Of a DNA stretch of 64,000 nt, positions 63,537 to 64,000 are shown one piece after another. Position 1 is the stretch's first letter, and each line of letters starts with the position of its first letter. Made by a program: the position numbers and the translations under genes. The notes under the pieces are model-generated. The model did no database searches, was not told the DNA's origin, and worked only from the letters and a program-made list of their open reading frames with translations. The stretch is from Basidiobolus meristosporus CBS 931.73 (lineage: Eukaryota > Fungi > Basidiobolomycota), in the NCBI GenBank assembly GCA_002104905.1, contig MCFE01000135.1, positions 62,001-126,000 on the forward strand, written 5' to 3'.

Positions 63537-63670
63537 ATTCTTGTATATTTCTACTGTTAATACCCAGCATTTATGTCGTTCATTTTAAACCATCATCAGT
63601 TCTGAATAAATCATGACTAATCATCAGCGAGTGGCTATATATTGCAGCTCAATATTCCTTGCTACGACCC

Positions 63671-64000
63671 ATGGGCTCTACCACTATGTCAGAGAAGGCT
63701 CTAGAGTTTTTTGATGTACACTCCCACATTCATGATGACCCTGAGCTACTGGAGCTGGGAAAGGTAAAAACCAAGTGGAATTGCCCTATGGGAACGAGTC
63801 CCGAGGATTGGGAGACCATTCCATCAGGTGGCCACGGAAAACCCCGACCGGGTCATTCCAGGGTTCGGAGTTCATCCGTGGTATGCGGAAGGAATGAAGG
63901 AGTCTGACCTTTGGGAGGAGAAGTTAAAGCAATACCTTGAAAAACATGAAAACGCCGTACTGGGAGAGATCGGTAAAGCCAAAGTGAAACCGCGTTTGCC
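63671..64000 (+). CDS. TatD-family nuclease, 5' part (runs off the window; +1 frameshift near 63820)
   Basis: FDVHSHIH, MGT..EDW, then in the shifted frame VIPGFGVHPWY..AVLGEIG. Confidence 0.85.

Overview
Eukaryotic, intron-rich fungal DNA. The genes and short introns suggest an early-diverging fungus; 'Basidiobolus-like' is my inference, not a database result. The window splits sharply near 24.4 kb. Bases 1-24.37k are an AT-rich, almost CpG-free transposon graveyard. It holds tandem and inverted decayed copies of a two-ORF CACTA/EnSpm-like (Tnp2) element, with a chromodomain Ty3/Gypsy, a Copia fragment and three families of solo LTRs nested inside (three copies have exact TSDs). Bases 24.4-64k are gene-dense: photolyase, VPS13, a long-chain acyl-CoA synthetase, a secreted Lys/Pro/Tyr/His tandem-repeat protein plus a small secreted protein, an AF4/FMR2-like gene, CYC8/SSN6, ENP2, RPL10, RPS10, RIO2, an intronless bacterial-type SDR, RPL3, a PX-domain gene, an STF2-like gene and the start of a TatD gene. 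Best leads: the adhesive-like repeat protein, the putative HGT SDR inside a ribosome-gene cluster, the AFF-like scaffold, the RPL3 intron hairpin and the CpG-depletion boundary. Three genes carry single-base frameshifts that may be assembly errors. All calls were made by eye; no searches were run, and exon and TE boundaries are approximate unless stated as exact.
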